This document shows positions 8,354 through 16,964 of a stretch of 33,687 bases of DNA, in pieces. Position numbers and translations under genes: made by a program. This DNA comes from Candidatus Aenigmatarchaeota archaeon (GTDB taxonomy: Archaea > Aenigmatarchaeota > Aenigmatarchaeia > GW2011-AR5 > JAGGXF01): assembly GCA_029932645.1 (NCBI GenBank), contig JAOZPR010000007.1, positions 1-33,687 of the forward strand, in the 5' to 3' direction. How positions within the stretch are numbered: the first letter of the stretch is position 1; each line of letters begins with the position of its first letter. The notes under the pieces are model-generated. The model searched no databases and had not been told where the DNA came from. It saw only the letters and a list, made by a program, of their open reading frames with translations.

Positions 8354-8869
8354 TTGTTGCTGGTAATAGACAATGGCTGTGCTGATAAAATATGCTCTAT
8401 GATAAGTTGTAACTATGATGTGTTAAAACCAGAAGAAGCGACAAAAAAACTTGGCAATGCCGATGCCGTTATAATCCCTGATGGTTCTGCTGAAAATAGA
8501 ATTAAAAAAATTGCAGAATCCCTGTCTTCACCCTGCCTTGCCATCGGCACGTCAGCGGAAATACTGGCAGAAACATTTGGAGCAAAAATCGGCAAAAATA
8601 AGAAAAAAGATAATCGTGGTGTGAAGATAAAACTGCATTCTCCACTAACGCTCGGTATCAAAAAGAGGTTTGTTGTTCATGGTAAGACTAACGTTATAGA
8701 GGAACTACCAGACGATTTCGAAACAATCTGCTCGGGAAACGGCCCTGAAATCTACCAACACATAAACTTTCCTATATTTGGCGTTTTGTTCGAACTAGAG
8801 GGTGAGGAAGGAAAAAAAATAATAAACAATTTCTTGAAGTTTGCTGAGACCTGGGCAAAATATCACTAG
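8354..8869 (+). CDS. Degenerate class I glutamine amidotransferase-like protein (GMP synthase subunit A / TrpG-like fold), catalytic triad lost
   Basis: LLVIDNG N-terminus, DAVIIPDG, PCLAIGTSAEILAETFG (canonical PILGICxGxQ), FGVLFELE (canonical GVQFHPE). Probable TTG start after GAGGGG; the ORF is open from 8327. Confidence 0.75.
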   Translation: MLLVIDNGCADKICSMISCNYDVLKPEEATKKLGNADAVIIPDGSAENRIKKIAESLSSPCLAIGTSAEILAETFGAKIGKNKKKDNRGVKIKLHSPLTLGIKKRFVVHGKTNVIEELPDDFETICSGNGPEIYQHINFPIFGVLFELEGEEGKKIINNFLKFAETWAKYH

Positions 8870-8922
8870 TCAGATTATCACTAGCCAAATTACTGCGTGT
8901 AGACGAAGTCTACTGCGTGTAG
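8861..8922. repeat. Direct duplications of both convergent gene ends
   Basis: TATCACTAG at 8861-8869 and 8876-8884; TACTGCGTGTAG at 8891-8902 and 8911-8922. Confidence 0.8.
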
Positions 8923-11186
8923 CTAAAGTCTTCTGGTGTTGTTTCCTTTATGTCTGACAGAGCTTTTTTATAAAATTTATTCATGGATCTTGAAACAGAC
9001 GGCTTAACCTTTTTCAGTGCCTCCTCAATATCCTCTTTGGTAATTTCTTTGGCGCCTTTGTCTCTTTTGAGTGCATGCATCCCAGCTTCCCTTATAACGG
9101 CTTCTATATCTGCACCAGTATAGTTTTCTGTCATCTTTGCCAACTCTTTCAATGAAATTCGCTTTTCAAGCGGACTGTTTCTGGTGTGAACCTCAAAAAT
9201 CTTTAGCCTGGCCTCCTCGTCTGGCAATGGAACAAAGAACTGCCTGTCAAAGCGACCGGGTCTCAAAAGGGCAGGATCTAAGATATCGGGTCTGTTTGTT
9301 GCCGCCATGACAATTACATCATGTAAATCTTCAACACCAGATATCTCTGTAAGTATCTGTGAAACCAGTCTTTCTGTGTACTCAGCAGATGAACGCCCCC
9401 TTTGAGGAACCAATGCATCTATCTCATCAAAGAATATTATTGATGGCGAAACCTGCTTAGCTCTCCTAAATATATCCCTTATCCTTTTTTCTGACTCGCC
9501 TACCCATTTTGATATGACCTCTGGGCCTTTTATGGAAATAAAATTAATACCAGATTCGTTTGCCACGGCTTTTGCTAGCATGGTTTTTCCGCATCCTGGC
9601 GGGCCATAAAGTAGAACGCCTGTTGGTGGTTTTATCCCGAGCCTCTTGAAAGAATCCGGATATTTGAGAGGCCACTCTATCATTTCTTTCAGTTTCTCTT
9701 TAGTGTCTTCCAAACCACCAATGTCAGACCACTTGACCTTTGGTATTTCTATGAGCACTTCTCTCATTGCCGAAGGCTCGACCATCTTCAAGGCATATTC
9801 CATGTCTTTTTGTGTTACTGTCAGTTTTTCCAACACTTCTTTTGGTAGTGGCTTGTCTTCTTTTATATCACTTATGTCCGGGACTATTCTCCTTAGTGCA
9901 TGCATCGCCGCTTCTTTACATATAGCTGCCAAATCTGCACCAACATAACCATATGTTATTTCAGCCAACTTGTTAAGGTCTACGTCCTTTGCAATAGGCA
10001 TACCTCTTGTGTGAATCTGTAAAATCTCTTTTCTTCCATCTTTATTTGGGACAGCTATTTCTATCTCTCTGTCAAACCTACCAGGCCTTCGTAAAGCAGG
10101 GTCAAGACTATTTGGTCTGTTTGTTGCTGCTATGACGATGACCTTGCCGCGCGACTTTAACCCGTCCATTAACGTAAGCAGTTGTGACACGACACGTCGC
10201 TCCACCTCACCCTGCACCCTTTCCCTTTTTGGCGCTATGGAATCCACCTCGTCTATGAATATTATCGCCGGCGCCTGCTTTTCGGCCTGCTCAAAAATCT
10301 TCCTGAGATTTTCTTCTGACTGGCCATACCATTTCGACATAATTTCTGGACCATTCAAAGGTAGGAACGTTGCACGAGATTCGTTTGCTACAGCCCTAGC
10401 AAGTAAAGTTTTTCCTGTTCCTGGAGGACCATGAAGCAGAACACCCTTTGGTGGCTCTATACCCAACCTATCAAACAATTCAGGGTGTTTTAGAGGTAGT
10501 TCAATCATTTCCCTGACTTTTTTGATTTCCTCATGCAAGCCGCCCAAGTCTTCATACGTAACCTCTGGTATTGCCTCCTCCTCCAACGGCTTTGTTGCCT
10601 TTTCCATAAGTTCCAATTCTGTAGCATCCGTCACTCTGACAATGCCTTTTGGACTCGTGCTAACTACAACAAACTTTTCTCCTCCGAATGGTGTAAAGAA
10701 CATCTCTTCTATGTCCATCCCAAAAAATTGTTCGAATATAGTATTCTCTGGTCTTTTTCTTTGTCTCACAACCGGATTTGGAATTATAATATCACCTGTT
10801 GATACCGGTCTCATTAACAAATTCTGTTTGAACATCTGAGGATTCATCCTTATGATAATCCCTTGTCTGGCTGGCGCTATAATGACATGTTTTGCCTCCT
10901 TGACATCTGCCTTTTTAACACTGACTGTCTCACCTATACCTGACTTGATGTTTCTCCTTAACAGACCATCCATCCTCACCACGTCAAGACCAACATCTGC
11001 AGGGTAAGAACGGACGGCTATAGCTGGTGCTGTGCGACCGCCAGATAGTTCTATAATATCCCCCTCCTTGACACCAATCCTCTGCATTTTTTTTGCATCG
11101 AGCCTAGCTATGCCTCGCCCAAAATCTGTGCGCTCAGTCAGTTCGCCGACCCTTAGTCTTATTTCATCATGATTTTGCCTTTCCAT
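8910..11186 (-). CDS. cdc48: CDC48/VCP/VAT family AAA+ ATPase
   Basis: N-domain plus two AAA modules ([25 protein letters not shown] and [24 protein letters not shown]). C-terminal SYTQ resembles HbYX. ATG 11186 follows GAGGGGTGG. Confidence 0.97.
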   Translation of the reverse strand: MERQNHDEIRLRVGELTERTDFGRGIARLDAKKMQRIGVKEGDIIELSGGRTAPAIAVRSYPADVGLDVVRMDGLLRRNIKSGIGETVSVKKADVKEAKHVIIAPARQGIIIRMNPQMFKQNLLMRPVSTGDIIIPNPVVRQRKRPENTIFEQFFGMDIEEMFFTPFGGEKFVVVSTSPKGIVRVTDATELELMEKATKPLEEEAIPEVTYEDLGGLHEEIKKVREMIELPLKHPELFDRLGIEPPKGVLLHGPPGTGKTLLARAVANESRATFLPLNGPEIMSKWYGQSEENLRKIFEQAEKQAPAIIFIDEVDSIAPKRERVQGEVERRVVSQLLTLMDGLKSRGKVIVIAATNRPNSLDPALRRPGRFDREIEIAVPNKDGRKEILQIHTRGMPIAKDVDLNKLAEITYGYVGADLAAICKEAAMHALRRIVPDISDIKEDKPLPKEVLEKLTVTQKDMEYALKMVEPSAMREVLIEIPKVKWSDIGGLEDTKEKLKEMIEWPLKYPDSFKRLGIKPPTGVLLYGPPGCGKTMLAKAVANESGINFISIKGPEVISKWVGESEKRIRDIFRRAKQVSPSIIFFDEIDALVPQRGRSSAEYTERLVSQILTEISGVEDLHDVIVMAATNRPDILDPALLRPGRFDRQFFVPLPDEEARLKIFEVHTRNSPLEKRISLKELAKMTENYTGADIEAVIREAGMHALKRDKGAKEITKEDIEEALKKVKPSVSRSMNKFYKKALSDIKETTPEDFSYTQ

Positions 11187-11221
11187 TAAAACCACCCCTC
11201 ACAAAAATTATTCTTTCTTAA

Positions 11222-11551
11222 TTATTCATCCCCAAATTCATCGTCCTCGAGTATAATTCTTTTCATATTCCACTCGACCTTGTTCGACCATTCGTCAAAA
11301 TAATCTATTATCTTTTGCATGTTTTTTAAAGCCACTATGAAAACCGAATCATCTACCTTTATGTGCGGCATCTCACTCAAAACACCTTCTCTGACATATC
11401 TGTACTGTCTGTCATTCTTTGTAACAACCTGTTTCCAGCCGTATAGGCCCCTAAAAAACTTATTGCGCTCACTCGCAGACTTGAATTTTTTCGACCGCGT
11501 GCAAAAGCTTATGATTACCGCTCTTTTATTCTTTGTAATCCTGATTTTCAT
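11222..11551 (-). CDS. Conserved-looking small basic hypothetical protein (possible Cas2/VapD/PaaX-like ferredoxin fold)
   Basis: ~109 aa (alternative GTG start 11560), SERNKFFRGLYGWKQ...YRYVREGVLSEMPHIKVDDSVFIV. First gene of the cdc48 transcript. The fold is an inference. Confidence 0.75.
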   Translation of the reverse strand: MKIRITKNKRAVIISFCTRSKKFKSASERNKFFRGLYGWKQVVTKNDRQYRYVREGVLSEMPHIKVDDSVFIVALKNMQKIIDYFDEWSNKVEWNMKRIILEDDEFGDE

Positions 11552-11588
11552 AACACTCACTTCTAATCCAAGACAATTATGATATACA

Positions 11589-11632
11589 TGAACAATAACT
11601 ATTTAAAGTTATTGTTCTTGTGAACAATAACT
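11589..11632. promoter_or_regulatory. Triple 11-bp operator overlapping the TATA box of the ORF-cdc48 operon
   Basis: GAACAATAACT 11590-11600, its reverse complement AGTTATTGTTC 11607-11617, and GAACAATAACT 11622-11632. Minus-strand TTTAAATA (11607-11600) sits between the first two copies. Confidence 0.8.
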
Positions 11633-11731
11633 TTTTTTCTCGCTTCTTCCGGATTGTATCGCCTTTTTTCAGCCTGGTCAGGAAATCAATTCAGCAGATT
11701 CCCTTTAATAAATTCCTAACAAAAGTTTTTT

Positions 11732-12403
11732 ATGAAAATCCAACGTCTCCCTACCAACTCGCCCATAGACAAAATCCTAGGTAGCGGAATAGAGTTTGGG
11801 TCTGTAACCAACTTCTACGGTCCGCCAGGCGCAGGAAAGACAAATGTCGCATTATCGACACTTCTTTCTGTCAAAGATAAAAAAATAATTTTTATGGATA
11901 CAGAAGGCAGTTTTTCTTTTGAACGGCTGACACAGCTTACAAAAGATGATAATACGCTCAAGAGAATAATTCTCCTGGAACCAAAAGAGTGGAAAGAACA
12001 GATGGATATGATAAGCAAAATTGAAAAACTTGTTAAGAATGGAGACATCGGGTTGATAGTTGTCGACTCTATAGTTGCTCTATATCGACTAGAAATAAAT
12101 CAGGAGAATTTTGCTGATGTCAACAGACAACTCGCGACACAATATTCAATTTTGTCAAAGATAGCAAGAGAACACAACATACCTGTCCTTGTCACAAACC
12201 AGATATATGTCTCCGGGGAAGACGTGGAACTGACGAGCAAAACTATAGCCCGCTACTGGAGCAAGGCATTAATAGAACTTCAGAAAACTGATAGAGCAGG
12301 CCACCGTGTCGCAATAGTGAGAAAACACCGCTCGCTTCCCGAAGGAAAACAGGTTGAGTTTATAATAGCAGGCAATGGACTTAAATCTGCCGGAATTTTT
12401 TGA
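11732..12403 (+). CDS. radB: DNA repair and recombination protein RadB
   Basis: RecA-fold core only (223 aa): GPPGAGKTN, MDTEG, LIVVDS, VLVTNQ, and the RadB-typical KHRS basic patch. Confidence 0.92.
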   Translation: MKIQRLPTNSPIDKILGSGIEFGSVTNFYGPPGAGKTNVALSTLLSVKDKKIIFMDTEGSFSFERLTQLTKDDNTLKRIILLEPKEWKEQMDMISKIEKLVKNGDIGLIVVDSIVALYRLEINQENFADVNRQLATQYSILSKIAREHNIPVLVTNQIYVSGEDVELTSKTIARYWSKALIELQKTDRAGHRVAIVRKHRSLPEGKQVEFIIAGNGLKSAGIF

Positions 12404-12482
12404 CAGCTCAAACCGTTGGTGCCGGCTTTAAAAACCGTCGCCATGACCAAAGTCTTTTAATATTTTATGGCTAAATTATTAT

Positions 12483-13922
12483 ATGCCTGGATTCTTTAGT
12501 AGAAAATTAAGAGAAGCTGAGACAAAATATACATTTGGCGATTTCTCGATAGTTCCCGGTGCCAGTAATGTTATACCACTAGAAACAGACATAACCACGC
12601 AAATAACACCGCACGTCAAGTTAAGTGTGCCCATTATCAGTGCACCAATGGACACGGTAACAGGATTTGATATGGCTGTAGTGATGTCGCGCCTTGGTGG
12701 TCTCGGGGCCGTGCATCATAATATGTCAGCAGACAAGCAGGCAGAAATAGTTAGAAAGATCAAAAAGTATGAGTCTTTAATAATACGCGATGTTGTTACT
12801 ATATCCCCAGATTACACTGTGAATGATATTCTTGACCTGTCAAAAGAAAAGGCGGTTTCAAGTTTTCCTGTCATAGAAAACGGTAAGCTTGTTGGTATGA
12901 TAACAGAAAGGGACTTCAGACTGGCAAAACCAGAAATCCGTGCAGCAGAATTGATGACAAAAGACGTGGTCAGCGCTAATGAAAATATTGAGATGGAGGA
13001 AGCAATAAAAGTTCTGCACAAAAATAAAATAGAAAAGTTACCGTTGCTTGACAAAGATGGAAAGCTATCAGGTATGATAACACTAAGAGACATCCTGAAC
13101 AGAAAAAAGTACCCAAATGCTACAAGAGACAAAAATGGACAGCTTGTTGTTGCTGCTGCAACTAGCTTAGATGAGAACCGCGTAGAAAAACTCCTGAATG
13201 CTGGAGCAGATGTTATAATTATAGAAACAGCACACGGACACAACAAAAGGGTCGTAGAGTTTACAAGACTTCTGAGGAAAAAATTTGACTGTGAAATAAT
13301 TGCAGGTAATATTGCAACGCCTGAAGCAGCTGAAGACTTGATATCTGCTGGTGCAGATTGCGTCAAAGTTGGTGTGGGTCCCGGTTCTATATGCACAACA
13401 AGAGAGGTAACTGGGGTTGGTGTTCCTCAACTTGGAGCAGTAGCTGATGTTGCTGATGTAGCATCAAAATATGATGTATATTGTATAGCAGATGGTGCTA
13501 TTAGAACCTCAGGAGATATAGCAAAAGCTATATCTGTCGGGGCAGACGCTGTGATGCTTGGGAACCTTCTGGCCGGGACAAAAGAGGCCCCTGGAGAAGT
13601 ATTGTTGCGCAATGGGAGAAAATTCAAAAGATATCGAGGAATGGGCTCAAAAGGTGCGATGGCAGAAAGATACTTCCAAAAGGCGTCAAAGTTCGTACCA
13701 GAAGGTGTGGCAGGCGTGGTGCCATTCAAAGGTGAAGTGAAGGACATTATATTCTCATTGTCTGGCGGACTCAGGTCATCCATGGGATACGTTGGAGCAA
13801 AAAACATAAAGGAGATGAAAACAAAATCTAAGCTTGTACGAATTAGTCCGCAAGGAAACATAGAAAATAAACCATTTAACATAAATATTACAGATGATGT
13901 CGAACCAAGCCAAATGTGGTAA
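12483..13922 (+). CDS. guaB: Inosine-5'-monophosphate dehydrogenase with CBS pair
   Basis: [20 protein letters not shown] subdomain, [18 protein letters not shown] (catalytic Cys), YRGMGS, VPEGV. Confidence 0.97.
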   Translation: MPGFFSRKLREAETKYTFGDFSIVPGASNVIPLETDITTQITPHVKLSVPIISAPMDTVTGFDMAVVMSRLGGLGAVHHNMSADKQAEIVRKIKKYESLIIRDVVTISPDYTVNDILDLSKEKAVSSFPVIENGKLVGMITERDFRLAKPEIRAAELMTKDVVSANENIEMEEAIKVLHKNKIEKLPLLDKDGKLSGMITLRDILNRKKYPNATRDKNGQLVVAAATSLDENRVEKLLNAGADVIIIETAHGHNKRVVEFTRLLRKKFDCEIIAGNIATPEAAEDLISAGADCVKVGVGPGSICTTREVTGVGVPQLGAVADVADVASKYDVYCIADGAIRTSGDIAKAISVGADAVMLGNLLAGTKEAPGEVLLRNGRKFKRYRGMGSKGAMAERYFQKASKFVPEGVAGVVPFKGEVKDIIFSLSGGLRSSMGYVGAKNIKEMKTKSKLVRISPQGNIENKPFNINITDDVEPSQMW

Positions 13923-13968
13923 GCATAGCAAGCTTCATAGTAAACTTGAATACCGAGCTGGTGTAAAA

Positions 13969-15660
13969 ATGAAAAGCGTGTTTGAGGAGATAGCTAAAAA
14001 GTCTGGCGACAGCGAATTCTTTATAGAAATACCAAACGGTTATAAGCCAGGAAAAACAAAATATATCATAATTACAGGCACTGTTATCTCTGGTATAGGA
14101 AAGGGCGCCTTCTCTTCATCTCTTGGCTTCTTGCTTCAAAAACACGGATTTGTAGTAGAGTCTGTAAAATTTGACGGCTACCTGAATCTTGACGCAGGTA
14201 CCATGAACCCGTTTAGACACGGTGAGGTATTTGTTATGGATGATGGAACAGAAGCTGATATGGATTTTGGAACATACGAACGGTTTCTGGACAAAAACCT
14301 CTCTGGTTCTAATTATTTGACAGGCGGCCGAGTATTCTCAAAAATACTTAAAAGAGAGCGTGAAGGAGCATATCTTGGAAGAGATGTTCAATTCATTCCA
14401 CATGTTACAGGTGAGGTCAAGTATTTTTTCAGGTCTCTGGCAATGGAAAAAAAACCAGATTTTATACTCATAGAAGTTGGTGGCACCGTTGGAGACATAG
14501 AAAACTCGTATTTCATAGAAGCAATGAGACAACTATCTTATGAGGAAGGCCGTGAGAACGTGTGCTTTATAAATCTCACATATATTCTCGAACCGGAATC
14601 GCTTGGAGAGCAGAAAACAAAGGCCTCACAGCTTGGCATTAAAAGGTTGATGTCAACAGGTATACAACCAGATATCATAGTCTGCCGTGCTAAAAATCTT
14701 ATTACAGAAAAAGCCATGGAAAAGATGAGCGTCTATTCCAATGTGCCAAAAGAAATGGTAATTGACTGTCACAACCTTAAAACCATATATGAAATACCCG
14801 TGTGGCTTGAAAAGCAAAAGCTTGACCAAAAGGTTCTCGAGAGACTCGGATGTAAACCTAAAGAAAGGATAGATCTCGATGAATGGAAAGATTATATTGA
14901 AAGAATAGAGCAGCCGAAAAGAGAGATAATCGTTGCTATCGCTGGAAAGTATACCGGGCTCAAAGATTCTTATGCAAGCATATTGAAAGCGGTGGAACAC
15001 TCTGGAGCATATTGGAAAACCGGAGTAAAACTAAAATGGATTGAGACTACAAATATAGATGAAAAAAATGTTAAAGATGCGCTTAGTGGGGTCTGCGGTC
15101 TCATAGTTCCTGGTGGGTTTGGTGCGCGTGGAACAGAAGGAAAAATAGCGTGTGTGAGATACGCAAGAGAAAATAAAATACCTTATCTTGGTTTGTGCTT
15201 TGGGCTGCAAATGGCTGTTATCGAATTTGCCAGAGATGTTTGCGGACTTGAAAAAAGCAACAGCACAGAAATAGATCCAAAAACGCCACATCCTGTTATA
15301 GACATCCTACCAGATCAGAAGAAAATACACGGCCTTGGCGGCACAATGCGGCTTGGTGGCCAAGATGTCCATATAATTGAAGATACGCTCGCGTACAGGC
15401 TTTATGAAAAGCCACTGGTAAGAGAAAGATTCAGGCACAGGTTTGAAGTTAATCCGGAGTATCATAAAATACTGCAAAAGAATGGTCTTATATTTTCCGG
15501 GTGGTCTGCCAAAGAAAAAAACATCGTACAGATAATAGAGCTAAAGGACCATCCGTTCTTCGTTGCTACACAGTTTCACCCAGAATTCACGAGCAGGCCG
15601 CTCAATCCGAACCCGATATATAGAGAATTTATAAAAGCGTGTATAGAGCAAAATGATTAA
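13969..15660 (+). CDS. pyrG: CTP synthase
   Basis: TGTVISGIGKG, YLNLDAGTMNPFRHGEVFV, EVGGTVGDIE, VPGGFG, GLCFGLQ, GGTMRLG, ERFRHRFE, QFHPEF. ATG 13969 follows GGTG. Confidence 0.97.
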   Translation: MKSVFEEIAKKSGDSEFFIEIPNGYKPGKTKYIIITGTVISGIGKGAFSSSLGFLLQKHGFVVESVKFDGYLNLDAGTMNPFRHGEVFVMDDGTEADMDFGTYERFLDKNLSGSNYLTGGRVFSKILKREREGAYLGRDVQFIPHVTGEVKYFFRSLAMEKKPDFILIEVGGTVGDIENSYFIEAMRQLSYEEGRENVCFINLTYILEPESLGEQKTKASQLGIKRLMSTGIQPDIIVCRAKNLITEKAMEKMSVYSNVPKEMVIDCHNLKTIYEIPVWLEKQKLDQKVLERLGCKPKERIDLDEWKDYIERIEQPKREIIVAIAGKYTGLKDSYASILKAVEHSGAYWKTGVKLKWIETTNIDEKNVKDALSGVCGLIVPGGFGARGTEGKIACVRYARENKIPYLGLCFGLQMAVIEFARDVCGLEKSNSTEIDPKTPHPVIDILPDQKKIHGLGGTMRLGGQDVHIIEDTLAYRLYEKPLVRERFRHRFEVNPEYHKILQKNGLIFSGWSAKEKNIVQIIELKDHPFFVATQFHPEFTSRPLNPNPIYREFIKACIEQND

Positions 15661-15736
15661 GGATTTATAGCTTGTCCTATCCTGGTATCGGCGTAAAGGT
15701 TTATATCTATTTCTTTGATTGTATAATTGTGTAAAC

Positions 15737-16441
15737 ATGAATAGAATTAGTGATATTGAAAAAGAACTGGAAGCTGTTGAGATACTGAGAACTCTGAAGC
15801 GGCACAGCACGTACAAGTCGTTGTCTTCCTTAACCGGACTGTCTGAAGTGACCCTTAGCAGGTATGTGGAAGGTCATGTTCTACCAACAAGAAAGAGGGC
15901 TGAAAAAATAATTAAAAGCTTTGGAAAGGGAATGATAAAAAAGGAAACAAGAAAGCTGGTAAAATTTGGCAAGACCGGTCTCTTGGACAATACAAACATA
16001 ATTTTTAATACAAGTCTTTTGAAAAAAGTTTCACGTGAAGTAAGTAAAGTCTTTTCTAAACCAGACAAGGTATTTACGCTGGCTGTGGACGGAATACCAA
16101 TCGCTGTTCATATGGCAAATAGATATAACGTACCGTGTGTCTACGCAAAAAAAGACAAAGAGATTGGCGTGGATAATTTTTTACACCAATCGCATGTGTT
16201 CAAATCTGGCGTAAGTATGGATTATTTTCTTCCGGTCGGAATATTAAAGAAAAATGAAAAAATCTTAATTGTTGACGACATGATAAGAAGTGGCGAAACT
16301 CTAAAAGTTCTGATAAACATGGTTAGAAAAACCAAGGCAAAAATAATCGGGATATTTGTTTTACTGTGCCTTTCAAAAAGGGGCTTGCGCAAAATCAAGA
16401 AAATGGTTGATTGCCCAGTAGAGGCCTACATTATAGTATAG
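15737..16441 (+). CDS. HTH + type I phosphoribosyltransferase domain protein; probable PRPP-sensing purine regulator (PurR-like architecture)
   Basis: N-terminal HTH (TYKSLSSLTGLSEVTLSRYVEGHVLP) and PRPP-binding loop ILIVDDMIRSGETL. Has its own TATA (AAAGGTTTATAT ~15695-15706) and lies directly upstream of purS. Confidence 0.85.
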   Translation: MNRISDIEKELEAVEILRTLKRHSTYKSLSSLTGLSEVTLSRYVEGHVLPTRKRAEKIIKSFGKGMIKKETRKLVKFGKTGLLDNTNIIFNTSLLKKVSREVSKVFSKPDKVFTLAVDGIPIAVHMANRYNVPCVYAKKDKEIGVDNFLHQSHVFKSGVSMDYFLPVGILKKNEKILIVDDMIRSGETLKVLINMVRKTKAKIIGIFVLLCLSKRGLRKIKKMVDCPVEAYIIV

Positions 16442-16475
16442 CTATAGCACAAACTATACTATAAGATATAGTATA
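16431..16475. repeat. TATAGTATA/TATACTATA inverted-repeat cluster at the end of the regulator gene
   Basis: TTATAGTATAG 16431-16441 pairs perfectly with CTATACTATAA 16454-16464. TATACTATA 16455-16463 also pairs with TATAGTATA 16467-16475. Confidence 0.6.
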
Positions 16476-16514
16476 AGACAATACACTATAACACAAACAA
16501 GGTTATTAAAAAAT

Positions 16515-16578
16515 TAACAAAATTATGATAAATAAGGTTTAAATTTTTGGGAATAATAACAATTTTATGAAAATTGTT
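16515..16578 (+). promoter_or_regulatory. pur operon promoter with flanking candidate operators
   Basis: TATA GGTTTAAAT 16536-16544. Perfect palindrome AACAATTTT-ATG-AAAATTGTT 16558-16578 and a related copy AACAAAATTATGATAAAT from 16516, 42 bp apart. Confidence 0.65.
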
Positions 16579-16625
16579 GGCAGCCTGTTGGGTGGTTTGT
16601 TCATGGTGGCTCGGGAGGTAATTTT

Positions 16626-16874
16626 GTGGTTGGAGAAACAAAAGTGAAAATTAAAGTCGAACTCAAGGAAGGTATAACTGATCCGGAAGGGCTGAACATA
16701 AAAAAATCGTTGAACCTGCTAGGGTTCGATAATGTTTCCGGTGTCAAGAGTTCTAAGATGTTTGAGATTACTATAAAAGAAGCTGACAAAGAAAAGGCAA
16801 GGACTGAAGCAGAAAATATGTGTAAAAAGCTGTTGGCAAACCCAATAATACATTCATATGAGATAATTTTATAG
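16626..16874 (+). CDS. purS: Phosphoribosylformylglycinamidine synthase subunit PurS
   Basis: LKEGITDPEG, LGF..V, MCKKLLANPIIHSY. GGGAGGT SD before GTG. Confidence 0.95.
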   Translation: MVGETKVKIKVELKEGITDPEGLNIKKSLNLLGFDNVSGVKSSKMFEITIKEADKEKARTEAENMCKKLLANPIIHSYEIIL

Positions 16875-16964
16875 ATTTTTTGGTTTTGTTTTCAAGTATA
16901 TCGGTATAATTATACGATATTGAGGTCTATGTGACGTGGTTTGACCTGCTATGGTGTGGTCTTG

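Noticed and set aside
11222..11560. Calling this ORF a bona fide CRISPR cas2
   Set aside because: No cas1, other cas genes or array nearby, and the similarity is only an impression at fold level.
11633..11731. tRNA or other ncRNA in the cdc48-radB spacer
   Set aside because: No cloverleaf, T-loop GTTC motif in context or convincing stem was found by eye.
4358..12403. Inteins in Lhr, Cdc48 or RadB
   Set aside because: Lengths and motif spacing are normal, with no C...HN insertions or LAGLIDADG motifs.
13894..13968. N-terminal extensions given by the ORF track (pyrG, also purL, purF, yggS, folD, purN, folC, purB)
   Set aside because: Downstream ATGs with GGTG/GGAGG-type SD sites or family-typical N-termini fit better, and PurF needs Met-Cys at 20226.
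16579..16625. Purine or ZTP riboswitch in the pur leader
   Set aside because: The leader is only ~55 nt and I cannot see the conserved purine or ZTP aptamer elements. An Rfam/Infernal search would settle it.
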